Shown one piece after another: positions 46,013-56,035 of a DNA stretch of 64,000 nucleotides (its first letter is position 1; each line of letters opens with the position of its first letter). The DNA is taken from NCBI GenBank assembly GCA_963702425.1, contig CAVPCQ010000032.1:96001-160000 (forward strand). The letters run 5' to 3'. A program made the position numbers and the translations under genes. This DNA is from an uncultured Acidobacteriota bacterium. Lineage in GTDB: Bacteria; Acidobacteriota; Polarisedimenticolia; J045. The notes below the pieces were generated by a model. That model was not told where the DNA came from, did not search any database, and worked only from the letters and a program-made list of their open reading frames with translations.

Positions 46013-48147
46013 GCGGCCGGCAGGTTCTCTTCCTGACACGCCGCGTGACGCCGGCTCTGGCCGCTCTGATCGCCTTCGGCGCGATGGCGCTCCCCGCCGC
46101 GGCGCAGACCGTCTCCGGCAGCGCCTTCAACGACCGCAACGCCAATGGCGTGCGCGACGCCGGCGAGGAGGCGATCGCCGGCGTTCCGGTCCGCGTCGCC
46201 GGCCAGCGCGACGCCGGCGGGGCGTACGACCAGAGCACGAGCACCGCCGCCAACGGCTCGTTCTCCTTCTCCCCCGGCAACGGCTGCTATGTCGTCGACC
46301 TCGAGGACCCCGCCGGCTGGCGCCGCACCTTCGCGCGCACCGACGAGTTCGCGCAGGGGACCTCCGGCTACAACCGTCCTGCGGGGGTGCGTCGCGTCGG
46401 CGCCGGGATGGCCCTGGTCGAGACGCTGCTCGGCGGCAACCTGCGCTACACCTCGATGGGCGACTCGATCGGCTGGAACTGGAACTCGTGCTTCGACACC
46501 TCGACCTTCTGGTACAGCCGCCAGGTGCGCGACCGGCTGAAGTGCGTCGCCCCCTCCGCGACCGTGGCTCTCGACGAGGCCGCGGTGAAGGGCGAGCACA
46601 CCGACCACCTGCTGATCGACGAGGCCGACCTCAACAACGTCTTCCGCGTCATCGACGCGCAGAGCAAGTTCGTGACGATCTCGATCATCGGCAACGACCT
46701 GCTCAACGCCGAGCCGCCCGACAATCCGACCCAGGAGCAGGTCAACCGCGCGGCGGCCGAGATCATCGACTCGCGCCAGAACCTGCAGGAGATCCTGTCG
46801 TCCCTCGTCGCGGGGATCCCCGGCGCGACCGTCGAGCTGAACACGCTGTACGACAACCTTGCCGACGCCTGTGCGACCGGCAACAGCACGGCGTTCCACC
46901 GCGAGTGGGTCCCGTTGGTGAACCGCGTGCTGCGCGAGGTGGCTTGGGGCCAGGCGCGGCGGGTCACGAACGCCGAGGTCTTCCTGGAGTTCTCGCACGA
47001 GGATCTGCTGAACGGCTGCACCGGCTTCCAGGGGCAGATCTGCCACCTGCTCGGCGACGACATCCACCCGACCGCGACCGGCTACGCGATCATCCGCGAG
47101 AAGGTCTGGGAGTCGATCGGTGGCGCCAACCTGGGACCGAAGGACGGCAACGCTGCGACCAGCCTGACCGGTCTCGATCACGGTTACCTGCAGCGGGTGC
47201 TGCGGCTCTATCCGACGGCATGGGAGGCGCGGAGCGGCGCACAGGTCACCGATCCCGCGGCGGCTTTCAGCGAAGCCGATGGCGGCGCGGGAGCCTCGGT
47301 CCGGCTGGGGACCGGCAGCGAGGAGTTCCGCCTGTCGGGCTTCCCCACCTGGTACGACGAGGTCGTCCCGGTCAAGGTGGTCGCCGGGATCCGCTACCGC
47401 ACCACCGGCAGCGTCACCGACGACCTCTATCGCGTCGAGGCCTCGGTGAACGACCGGTTCCGCCCGCCTGCCGGCCACCCGTACAGCGCGACCAACTGGA
47501 TCTTCTTCACGCCGCTGGTCGGCGGTGGCGGCCCGAATGCGCCGGCCGAGGCGCCCGACTACCCGAACGAGAAGATGCTCGTGCGGCCGAACGTTGCGGC
47601 CTACCGCGAGGTCAGCGCGACGTTGATGAAGAACCCGGTGCCGGCCGCGTCGGGCAAGGGCTACGACTGGCCGGCGCTCACGACCGCGGAACTCGGGACG
47701 ACGACGCTGCGCGTCGTCTCGGCGCCGCAAGCCGGCACGCCGGGCGACGACTACCGCGTCGTCGTCGATGCCGCCTGGCTGGATGTCTACGGCACGCTCA
47801 AGCCGCGGCCGGGCGAGGTCAACGGCGTGACCGTCGCGCGCCTGCCCGACGGCGGGCTCGAGATCGCCTTCGACCAGCTCGCCGGTTCCGAGCTGTACAA
47901 CGTCTACTTCGGCGACGCTGCGCTGCTGAACGCGCAGGGGCGGTACGACCACGGCAGCCGCGCGCGCTGCAACGTGGTGACGTCCGCCGCGGGGCCCGGG
48001 CGGCTGAAGACGACCGTCCCCGCGGCAGAGGTCCCGGCGATCGGCAGCTACGTCGTCGTCACCGGCCGGGCCGACGGGGTCGAGAGCCCGGCCGGGTACG
48101 CGACGAGCGGGGCGGAGCGGGATCGCGGGCAGAACGGGTGCCCGTAG
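46009..48147 (+). CDS. Secreted SdrD-B-like domain + SGNH/GDSL hydrolase protein
   Basis: VSGSAFNDRNANGVRDAGE; MGDSI, IIGNDL, DDIHP; C-terminal domain ending ERDRGQNGCP. Confidence 0.82.
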   Translation: MSGRQVLFLTRRVTPALAALIAFGAMALPAAAQTVSGSAFNDRNANGVRDAGEEAIAGVPVRVAGQRDAGGAYDQSTSTAANGSFSFSPGNGCYVVDLEDPAGWRRTFARTDEFAQGTSGYNRPAGVRRVGAGMALVETLLGGNLRYTSMGDSIGWNWNSCFDTSTFWYSRQVRDRLKCVAPSATVALDEAAVKGEHTDHLLIDEADLNNVFRVIDAQSKFVTISIIGNDLLNAEPPDNPTQEQVNRAAAEIIDSRQNLQEILSSLVAGIPGATVELNTLYDNLADACATGNSTAFHREWVPLVNRVLREVAWGQARRVTNAEVFLEFSHEDLLNGCTGFQGQICHLLGDDIHPTATGYAIIREKVWESIGGANLGPKDGNAATSLTGLDHGYLQRVLRLYPTAWEARSGAQVTDPAAAFSEADGGAGASVRLGTGSEEFRLSGFPTWYDEVVPVKVVAGIRYRTTGSVTDDLYRVEASVNDRFRPPAGHPYSATNWIFFTPLVGGGGPNAPAEAPDYPNEKMLVRPNVAAYREVSATLMKNPVPAASGKGYDWPALTTAELGTTTLRVVSAPQAGTPGDDYRVVVDAAWLDVYGTLKPRPGEVNGVTVARLPDGGLEIAFDQLAGSELYNVYFGDAALLNAQGRYDHGSRARCNVVTSAAGPGRLKTTVPAAEVPAIGSYVVVTGRADGVESPAGYATSGAERDRGQNGCP

Positions 48148-48153
48148 CGCGGT

Positions 48154-48678
48154 TCAGCGGAGCTTGATCTCCCAGCACTTCACGTCGGTTGGATCGTCGC
48201 ACAGGTCCTTGCCGTCCTTGCTGTAGCGTGGGTCGAAGTAGTGGTCTGGGAATTTGCATGCCTGGCCAGCAGGGCAATGGTCGAAGCCCCAGTTGATTGT
48301 CGAGTCGGAATCCCAGCGGACTTGAATCTGCTTGGGATCCTCCTTCGGTACCTTGGTTTCATATCGAAGCACCATCACTGACACCGCCTTTTCGTTACAG
48401 CGGATCTCGCGGAAGGACTCGACCGTGCCGAGCATCCTCCTCCAGATCTCTGCCGGGACCGCCTCGCCGGCCACGAACTCGTAGTGTCGCGTGGTGGCGA
48501 GCAGCGAGGTGGTGACATCCGCCTCCCACTGCACCGGATAGTCCAGACGCCCTTTGGTGATCCTGATCGTCGTCTTGGTCGTAGCACGCTGGTACAACAG
48601 GATCACGACTGCTGCCGCGAGCACCACCAGAGCGGTCAGAATCCGCGGCCCGGTGACAAGCTTCCTGGGTTTCTCCAT
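48154..48678 (-). CDS. Hypothetical membrane-anchored protein with Cys-rich C-terminus
   Basis: N-terminal TM; five Cys; lower GC; ATG follows GGAGGG. Confidence 0.65.
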   Translation of the reverse strand: MEKPRKLVTGPRILTALVVLAAAVVILLYQRATTKTTIRITKGRLDYPVQWEADVTTSLLATTRHYEFVAGEAVPAEIWRRMLGTVESFREIRCNEKAVSVMVLRYETKVPKEDPKQIQVRWDSDSTINWGFDHCPAGQACKFPDHYFDPRYSKDGKDLCDDPTDVKCWEIKLR

Positions 48679-48810
48679 GCAGCCCTCCCCCCCGGCGGGG
48701 CACGTCTCGCGCGCCCCTCTCGACACGCGAGGGCGCATGGTACACCGACTCCCGGGTGATTCTCGGGACGGACGCAGGAACACCGCGACTTCGGTCGTTG
48801 ACCGCAACGC

Positions 48811-51597
48811 CTACTTGGTCAGGAGGCTCATCCGCTCCGCCACGGCGTCGAGCCCCTGCTGCCTGGCCGCGGCCGCCGTATCCTGCGCGAGCGAACGGGC
48901 CTCCGCCCGGCGCCCCAGCGCCGCCAGCGCCTCGGCTTCTGCCGCCCGCGCGCGTACCCGGCGAGGCTCCGAGAACGTCGCCTGCGAAGCAGCCTCCCGA
49001 GCGAGGCTCAATGCGGCCCCGCGATCGCCCAACGTTCGCTGCACCGCGCTCTCCAGGATCGCCGCGTCGAGCGCGAGCGGACGCTGGCCGGTCGCGTCCG
49101 CGCGCTGCCTGAGCGCCGCGAGCCGTGCCGCGGCCTGGGCGCCGTGGCCGTCCTTCCACAGCATGAATGCGTCGACATAGTTCGCGCTCTGCGCCACCCC
49201 CGCGTTGCTGCTACCGGCGGCGCTCACCGCGGCATCCAGGTCGCCGCGCGCGGCATCCAGTTCGCCGCGCGCGGCGCGAGCGTACGCGCGTGATGCGAGG
49301 GCGAATCCCAACTGGTCGCCGTCGCCGGCTTGCTGCCAGCCCTCAACGGCGACCATGAGAGATGGCAGCGCTTCGTCATAGCGTTCCAGCGCGAGCAGCG
49401 CGTTCCCCAGAGTCGCCGACGCCTCGGCGCGGCCCGCGCCCGAGCCCTTGGGCCCCTTCTGCTCGGCCAGGATCTGCTCCATCTCGGCGAGCGCGGTGTC
49501 GGTCTTTCCCTGCTGCAGGTCGACCTCGGCCAGGTTGAGCGAGAACGTCAGCTCGTAGCCGGCGGCATCGTCCTGCTTCTGCGCCAGCGCGATCGACTCG
49601 GTCGCGGCGTGGCGGGCCTTGTCGTACTCGCCCGCCATCAGTTGCAACGCAACGAGATTTCCCCGCGCCGAAAGACTCAGGCCGAAGTCGCCGAGCAGCG
49701 TTGCCTGGCCGATCGTCTCGTGAAGCAGCGGCTCCGCCTCGGTCGGTCGGCCGGCACGAATCAACGCGACCGCGTGGCTGTTCCGTGCGACCGCGGCCAG
49801 CGACAGGTCGCCGTTCTCGGTCGCGGCGCTCTGCGCCTCAACGAAGCCCTCCATCGCTTCAGTCAGGTCACCCGACATCAGAAGCGCCGCGGACTCCTGG
49901 TAGCGCGAGTAGGCCTCCAGCGGGGGTTGCCCGGCCGCGCGGTACAGTGCGGTCGCCTGCCGGAAATGCTCGAGCGCCTCGCCTGGCTGCTTGTCGACCG
50001 CGAAGGCGATGACGCCGCGTTGAGTCTCGACCGCCGCCACCCCGGTCGGGACGGCGAGGCTGCGGAATGCCTGCTCCGCCGCCGCGAACGCCGCCTGGGC
50101 CTCGTTCCGCCGCCCGGCGGCGGCCAGTGTCGTCCCCTTGGCAAGCAACGCGTCGGCATCGAGCGGATCGCGCTCCGACTGCCGATCCAGCATGGCGAGC
50201 GCCTCGTCCATCCGGCCCTGGTCGGCCAGCGCCTCGGCGTATTCGACCTGGATCCCGGGGGTGTCGGGGAACTGCCTCGCCAGGGCCTCGGTCGCGGCCA
50301 GCACCTCGGGGCCGGACCTGAGAATCCTCGCGCGGGCCCGCTCGATCTCGAGCCCGAGCCGGCTCTTCGGATCGAGCCCCTGCTCGCGTGCCAGCGCCTG
50401 TGCATGGGCGATGACCTCGTGCGCCCTGAGCTCGTTGCCTGCGCTCCAGAGCGTCGTCGCGCGCAGGGCCTCGAAAGCGAGCAGTTTCGGGTCCTTGGCG
50501 AGCTCGGTGTCGAGCACTTCGATCGCTTCGCGGTAGCGGTGCTCCTTGCCCAACGCGCGGGCCCGGTCGAGCAGCTGCTGCTGGCCGGAGGTGAGCACCG
50601 GATCCTGCGCGCGCCGGGGCCAGTCCATCCGCGTCGCCACGATCGCGAGCGCTACCGAGGCGAGCGTCGCCAGCGCGATCCCGCCGAGCCGCCACCAGCG
50701 GCCGCCATTCCCGTGGGGCACCGTGTCCAGCGCCGCCACGAGCTCCTTGGCGCCCGGGTAGCGCCGCTCGCGCTCCTTCTCGAGCAGCCTCAGGACCACG
50801 TGGCGCAGCGGGCCGGCTTTGACGAGTTCGGCCGGCTCGACGCCGTCGCCCGGCGCCCCCGCCAGGATCGCGGCCGCCGTGCCGGCGGGCGACGCGCGGC
50901 GGAACGGGTGCACCCCGGTGAGTGCCTCGTACAGCAGGATCCCGAGCGAGAAGAGGTCGCTGCGCGGGTCGAGCCGCTCCTGTCGCAGCTGCTCCGGCGA
51001 CATGTAGCTCGGCGTGCCGACCGCGACCCCTTGCCGCGTCAGCTTCTCCACCGTCTCGCCCGTCTCGTCGTCCGGGTCCACCTGCGCGGTGAAGCGCTGC
51101 GCGATGCCGAAGTCCAGCACCTTGATATGGCCGCCCTCCGACACCATCACGTTGCTCGGCTTGAGGTCGCGGTGGACGATTCCCGCGGCGTGGATCCCGG
51201 CCAGCGCGTCGGCGATCTGATGGGCCCAGCGCGCGATCGTCCGCGGGCGGCGATCCACCGCGGCCGCCGCGTCGAGGGACTTGCCGCGCACGTGCTCCAT
51301 CACGATGTAGAGCTTCCCGCCGTCGTCGATCGCGTCGTAGACCGCGGCCACGTAGGGGTGCGTGACCGCAGCGAGGTTCGCGACCTCCTGCCGGAAGCGC
51401 TCGAGTTCCGACCGCGAGGGAACGTGATCCCCGGCGATCGACTTGATCGCCACGGTCCGGCCGAGCTGGGTGTCGCGGGCCAGGTAGACCACACCCATCC
51501 CGCCGCGGCCGATCTTCTCGATCAGCTCGTATCGCCCGACGAGGATGCCCGCCACACCGTCCGGCGCACCCCCCGCGTCCGAACTGCCCTGCGCCAT
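48811..51597 (-). CDS. Hanks-type Ser/Thr kinase + TM + TPR repeats
   Basis: IGRGGMGVVY, VAIK, HRDLKPSN, DFG, GTPSYMSPE; TM; Ala-rich TPRs. Confidence 0.92.
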   Translation of the reverse strand: MAQGSSDAGGAPDGVAGILVGRYELIEKIGRGGMGVVYLARDTQLGRTVAIKSIAGDHVPSRSELERFRQEVANLAAVTHPYVAAVYDAIDDGGKLYIVMEHVRGKSLDAAAAVDRRPRTIARWAHQIADALAGIHAAGIVHRDLKPSNVMVSEGGHIKVLDFGIAQRFTAQVDPDDETGETVEKLTRQGVAVGTPSYMSPEQLRQERLDPRSDLFSLGILLYEALTGVHPFRRASPAGTAAAILAGAPGDGVEPAELVKAGPLRHVVLRLLEKERERRYPGAKELVAALDTVPHGNGGRWWRLGGIALATLASVALAIVATRMDWPRRAQDPVLTSGQQQLLDRARALGKEHRYREAIEVLDTELAKDPKLLAFEALRATTLWSAGNELRAHEVIAHAQALAREQGLDPKSRLGLEIERARARILRSGPEVLAATEALARQFPDTPGIQVEYAEALADQGRMDEALAMLDRQSERDPLDADALLAKGTTLAAAGRRNEAQAAFAAAEQAFRSLAVPTGVAAVETQRGVIAFAVDKQPGEALEHFRQATALYRAAGQPPLEAYSRYQESAALLMSGDLTEAMEGFVEAQSAATENGDLSLAAVARNSHAVALIRAGRPTEAEPLLHETIGQATLLGDFGLSLSARGNLVALQLMAGEYDKARHAATESIALAQKQDDAAGYELTFSLNLAEVDLQQGKTDTALAEMEQILAEQKGPKGSGAGRAEASATLGNALLALERYDEALPSLMVAVEGWQQAGDGDQLGFALASRAYARAARGELDAARGDLDAAVSAAGSSNAGVAQSANYVDAFMLWKDGHGAQAAARLAALRQRADATGQRPLALDAAILESAVQRTLGDRGAALSLAREAASQATFSEPRRVRARAAEAEALAALGRRAEARSLAQDTAAAARQQGLDAVAERMSLLTK

Positions 51598-51694
51598 GAC
51601 CCTCCCCACCCGGCGAGCCCGCGACCGGGCGCGAGCCGCAGGGTAGACCGCAACCTGCGGAGGATCAAACGCGCAGAGGGCGTGCGACGCCGGG

Positions 51695-52084
51695 TCAGGT
51701 GATGACCACCTCGTGCCCACCGTTCCCGTGCGGGCATGGTCCGGCGGCGATGAACTCCCCGAAGAACTCGATCGGCAGATACCCCAGGCCGCGCATCCCG
51801 GCGGGTATCCGCACCACGTTGTCCACCATCCAGGTCAGTCCGACGCCCGCGGTGAAGCTGCCCGTGATCGAGTGGACCAGGCCGTTGATGTCCCGCGTAC
51901 TGAACGAGAACGTGGTCGGGAGGGCGAGGTGCAGGCCGCAGACCTCGATGTCCAGTTGGCTGAAACTCGTGAGCGACTCGTAGTTCACGACGGTCTGCGG
52001 CGCGCACCAGACACCATCGACGCTCCACTGCGTGTCGACCGTGCCCCATCTCGCTTTGTCGATCCGGATCTTCGTCTTCGGCAT
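51695..52084 (-). CDS. Hypothetical protein
   Basis: 129-aa ORF, strong GGAGGTG RBS, 3 nt after the kinase stop. Confidence 0.65.
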   Translation of the reverse strand: MPKTKIRIDKARWGTVDTQWSVDGVWCAPQTVVNYESLTSFSQLDIEVCGLHLALPTTFSFSTRDINGLVHSITGSFTAGVGLTWMVDNVVRIPAGMRGLGYLPIEFFGEFIAAGPCPHGNGGHEVVIT

Positions 52085-52087
52085 GAT

Positions 52088-54856
52088 TCACCTCCCCTTC
52101 CTGTCCCCCGGGTGATCGGTCGTTTCCTGCACGAACCCGCGCGCGGCGCGGGTCCGCTGGGTGCGGGACGCGCGCGGGTCGTCGAGGACCTGCCGCTCCA
52201 GCCGGTCCGCTGCCGCCTTGTCCCCTGCGCGGCGCCTTGCCTCGGCCTCGGCCAGCAGCGCCAGCAGCCGCAGGCCATGACGTTCGGAGCGTCCCGCGGC
52301 CGCGGCGAGTGCCGCGAGCCGCCGTGCCGCGTCGGCCGCGCGTCCCTCCGCGGCCTCGAGCTCTCCCGCCGCCAGCTCGGCGAGTTGCCCGACATTGGCG
52401 TTGCCGCCCACCGCCATCTGCAGCGCCTGGTCCACGTCGCGCCGCGCCGCGGCACGCTCGTCCAGCGCGATCAGCACCCGCGCCCGCGTCGCCAGCGCCA
52501 TGCCGAGCAGGTCGAGGTCGCCCTGCGATCCGTTCAGCTCGACCGCCGAGTCGGCCGGCGGCCGAGCCTCGGCTGGCCGACCCGCCGTCAGCCGAAGGTC
52601 TGCGAGCGCGGCCGAGAGGTACGCGACGTTGGCCAGCGCCGTCTCCCGCCGCTCCGTTGCGGCGCCGTCATCATCCCGCGCCGCCGCGTTCTCGCGTTCG
52701 AGGAGCCGCTCGATCGCCCCGATCGCCTCCGCCTCCCGCCCGCCGTACGCCGCCACGTGCGCGAGCACGACCTCGCCGGCGATCTCGTCGCTCGGCTCAT
52801 CGGCCTCGCGGGCGAGGTCGCGCAATTCGGTCGCCCAGCGCGCGGCCTCGTCCATCCGTACCTCCTCCTGTAGCAACCCGGCGAGGTTCCCGCGCGCCAT
52901 CCGCCCCATCTCCGCGTCCTCGAGCATCGCCGACTGGTCGATGACGCGGCGGAGGAGCGGCTCCGCCTCGGGGAACCGCGCGGCGCGGTAGAGAGCGACC
53001 GCCCGGCTGTTGAGCGTCAGGTTGAGCAGCGACAGGTCCCCGCCGTCGCTGGCCAGCCGTTCCGTCCCTTCGAGCAGCCGGAGCGCCCCGCTCACGTCGT
53101 TCGCCAGCAGCCGGATGTTCGCCGCGGCGGCGCTCGCACCGACCGCCAGCACATCGAGGCCGGCGTCGCGGTAGAGGCGTGCCGACTCCTCGTACTGCTG
53201 AAGCGCCGTGTCGTGGTCCCCGCGTTCGATCGCGAGCTTGGCGCGGGCCCGCGCGATCTTGGCCGCCCCGAACGGGATCTTCAGTCGATCCGCCGCGGCT
53301 GCGGCCTCGTCGAGCGACCGCGCGGCGCCGGTGAAGTCGCCGCCGTCCCCGAGGATCGCGCCCCGCAGCAGCAGTGCGTCCGGGTCGAGAGGATGCGAGG
53401 CGAGGTGGCGATTCAGGGTCGCCAGCGCCCGCTCGCCGCTCCCGGCCGCACCGCTCGTCCGCTGGGCCGCTGCCAGCTCGATCAGGACGTTCGGGGTCTC
53501 CGGGTAGAGCGACGCCGTCTGCTCGAGCGCGGCCAGCCGCTCGCGGGCGTCGCCGAGCACGACCGCGCGCACCTGCCGCACCGCCAAAGCCTCCCGACTT
53601 CGCGGATCGAGCCGCCGCCGCGCGGCCTCGGCCTCGGCCCGCCCGAGGGCCTCTCGAGCGCGCCGTTCCTGGCCCGACTCCATCAGGAGCCTCGCGCGCT
53701 CCAGCTCGAACTCGAGCAGCCGCGGCTCGTCTCGCAGTTCGTCCTCGACGAGGGCGAGAGCCTCGCGGTAGCGTCCCTCGCTGCGCAGCGACTGCGCCCG
53801 GGCCAGGAGCTGCGCCTGCCCCGCGTTCAGGGTCGCGACTTCTTTCCCCCGGTCGCGCAGCACCCACCAGGCTCCGGCGCCGGCCGCCACCGTGAGCGCG
53901 ACGGCGACGACGGCACCGATCGCGCGGCGATGCGGCTCGAGGAGGTCGAAAAGGCTCCGCAGCGGGTTCGGGCGTTCGTCGGCTGCCTCCAGCGCCCGCG
54001 CCACTTCTTCCGCCAACTGGTAGCGCTCGGCGCGCTCCTTGCGCAGCAGCCTGTGGACGATCTCGCGCAACCGCCCGGCGCGGCGCAACGTCGGCGGCTC
54101 GACGCCCCGGTTCGGCGACTCCACCAGCAGCGCGGCCGTCGTGTCGGCGCCGGTTCCGCGCTGGAAAGGATGGACTCCGGTCAGCGCCTCGTAGAGCACG
54201 AGGCCCAGCGAGAAGAGATCCGAACGGCTGTCGATATCCGCTTGCCCGCGGGCCTGCTCGGGCGACATGTAGAGCCTGGTCCCGACGATCGTCCCCTCCT
54301 GCGTCAGCTCGGCGACGGTCGTCTGGGTCTCCGTACCGTCCGCAGCGACAACGACACGCTTCGCGATGCCGAAGTCGAGCACCTTGACGTGCCCGCTCTC
54401 GGTGATCATCACGTTGCCCGGCTTGAGGTCGCGGTGGACGAGGCCGGCACCGTGAATCGCGGCCAGCGCCTCGGCAATCTGCTGGCCCCAGCGCCGAATG
54501 TCGCGGCGCGACACGCCGTCCTTGATGACGGAGGAGAGCGGTCGGCCGCGAACGTACTCCATCACCAGGAACAGGCGGTCGTCGCGCTCGACGACGTCGA
54601 GCATCTGCGCGATGTAGGGATGGGAGACGCGCAGCGTGTTCCGGATTTCATCTTCGAAGCGAGTGCGCAGCCGGGGGCTCGGCACGTGATCGGCGGGCAG
54701 CGCCTTGACGGCGACCAGGCGGGACAACTGCGTGTCCTCGGCGAGGTAGACCTCTCCCATCCCGCCGCGGCCGATGAGGCGCAGGATCGCGTAGCGGCCG
54801 ATGCGCTGTCCGACCCACGTGTCGCTCACCGCGCTCGATCGGTCCTCATCGACCAC
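52088..54856 (-). CDS. Hanks-type Ser/Thr kinase + TM + TPR repeats (paralog)
   Basis: IGRGGMGEVY, VAVK, HRDLKPGN, DFG, YMSPE; start uncertain (54856 or 54829). Confidence 0.9.
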   Translation of the reverse strand: MVDEDRSSAVSDTWVGQRIGRYAILRLIGRGGMGEVYLAEDTQLSRLVAVKALPADHVPSPRLRTRFEDEIRNTLRVSHPYIAQMLDVVERDDRLFLVMEYVRGRPLSSVIKDGVSRRDIRRWGQQIAEALAAIHGAGLVHRDLKPGNVMITESGHVKVLDFGIAKRVVVAADGTETQTTVAELTQEGTIVGTRLYMSPEQARGQADIDSRSDLFSLGLVLYEALTGVHPFQRGTGADTTAALLVESPNRGVEPPTLRRAGRLREIVHRLLRKERAERYQLAEEVARALEAADERPNPLRSLFDLLEPHRRAIGAVVAVALTVAAGAGAWWVLRDRGKEVATLNAGQAQLLARAQSLRSEGRYREALALVEDELRDEPRLLEFELERARLLMESGQERRAREALGRAEAEAARRRLDPRSREALAVRQVRAVVLGDARERLAALEQTASLYPETPNVLIELAAAQRTSGAAGSGERALATLNRHLASHPLDPDALLLRGAILGDGGDFTGAARSLDEAAAAADRLKIPFGAAKIARARAKLAIERGDHDTALQQYEESARLYRDAGLDVLAVGASAAAANIRLLANDVSGALRLLEGTERLASDGGDLSLLNLTLNSRAVALYRAARFPEAEPLLRRVIDQSAMLEDAEMGRMARGNLAGLLQEEVRMDEAARWATELRDLAREADEPSDEIAGEVVLAHVAAYGGREAEAIGAIERLLERENAAARDDDGAATERRETALANVAYLSAALADLRLTAGRPAEARPPADSAVELNGSQGDLDLLGMALATRARVLIALDERAAARRDVDQALQMAVGGNANVGQLAELAAGELEAAEGRAADAARRLAALAAAAGRSERHGLRLLALLAEAEARRRAGDKAAADRLERQVLDDPRASRTQRTRAARGFVQETTDHPGDRKGR

Positions 54857-55057
54857 GCGCCCCCCAAGCTGCCGCCCGGACGGCTCTCGCGCCGCCCGCC
54901 CGTGCGGAGTGGCCGCGGCTTCCCCCGAGGTCCGGGGCGGCCGGACGCCAAGGTTAGACCCGCAGCCGGAGGCGAAACCAGCACCCCCCGGCGGGAGGCT
55001 GCTCGGGAACCGACCCCGCACGGGCGCTCGCCTGCGGCCGGGGTATGATCCCGCCCC

Positions 55058-56035
55058 ATGTCGGTCGCCCTCTACACGAAGGACCTGCGAAAGACCTACC
55101 CGGGCAAGCCGCCGGTGGAGGCGGTACGCGGACTCGACCTGTCGGTCCCGGCCGGGATCACATTCGGCCTGCTCGGACCGAACGGAGCCGGGAAGACCAC
55201 GACCGTCGAGATCCTGGAAGGCCTTCTGGAGCCGACGGCGGGACAGGTCGAGGTCCTGGGCCTGACCTGGGCCCGGGACGCGGCGGCGCTGCGCGAGCGG
55301 ATCGGCGTCTCGCTCCAGGAGACGCAGCTCGCCGAGAAGCTGACCGTAGCGGAGACGGTCTCCCTGTTCGCGTCGTTCTACCGGCGTCCCCGCGATCCGG
55401 ACGAGCTGATCGAGCTGGTCGGCTTGCAGGAGAAGCGCGACGCGTGGGTCGTGAACCTCTCCGGCGGGCAGAAGCAGCGGCTGGCGGTGGCGACCGCGCT
55501 GGTCGGCGATCCCGAGCTGCTGTTCCTCGACGAACCGACGACGGGCCTCGACCCGCAGTCGCGGCGCCAGCTCTGGGACGTGATCCGCGAGCTGCGGAGC
55601 CGCGGCCGGACGATCCTGCTGACGACCCACTACATGGACGAGGCCGAGCGGCTGTCGGACCTGGTCGCGGTCGTCGATCACGGGAAGGTCATCGCGCTCG
55701 GCTCGCCGGCCGAGCTGATCGCGTCGCTCGGCGGAGAGCACGTGATCGAGTTCGCGGTCGAGAACGACGCGGGCGCGGCGAACGCCGCAGGCGACGCGGG
55801 GGACGGCGACGCCGGGCTGCCGCTCGAGCCGCTCCGGGGTCTCCCCTCGGTGATCGGGGTGCGGACCGAGGCGGGTAGCGTGCAGCTCACGGTCGGCGAG
55901 CCGCACCTGGCGATCCCGGCCCTGCTCGACCACCTCGACCGCGAGCGGCGCCACATGACGCGGCTGACGACGCGCCACGCCAGCCTCGAGGATGTCTTCG
56001 TCAACCTGACCGGGAGGCACCTGCGCGATGGCTAG
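55058..56035 (+). CDS. ABC-2 exporter ATP-binding protein
   Basis: GPNGAGKTT, LSGGQ, LFLDEPT, TTH. Confidence 0.95.
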   Translation: MSVALYTKDLRKTYPGKPPVEAVRGLDLSVPAGITFGLLGPNGAGKTTTVEILEGLLEPTAGQVEVLGLTWARDAAALRERIGVSLQETQLAEKLTVAETVSLFASFYRRPRDPDELIELVGLQEKRDAWVVNLSGGQKQRLAVATALVGDPELLFLDEPTTGLDPQSRRQLWDVIRELRSRGRTILLTTHYMDEAERLSDLVAVVDHGKVIALGSPAELIASLGGEHVIEFAVENDAGAANAAGDAGDGDAGLPLEPLRGLPSVIGVRTEAGSVQLTVGEPHLAIPALLDHLDRERRHMTRLTTRHASLEDVFVNLTGRHLRDG

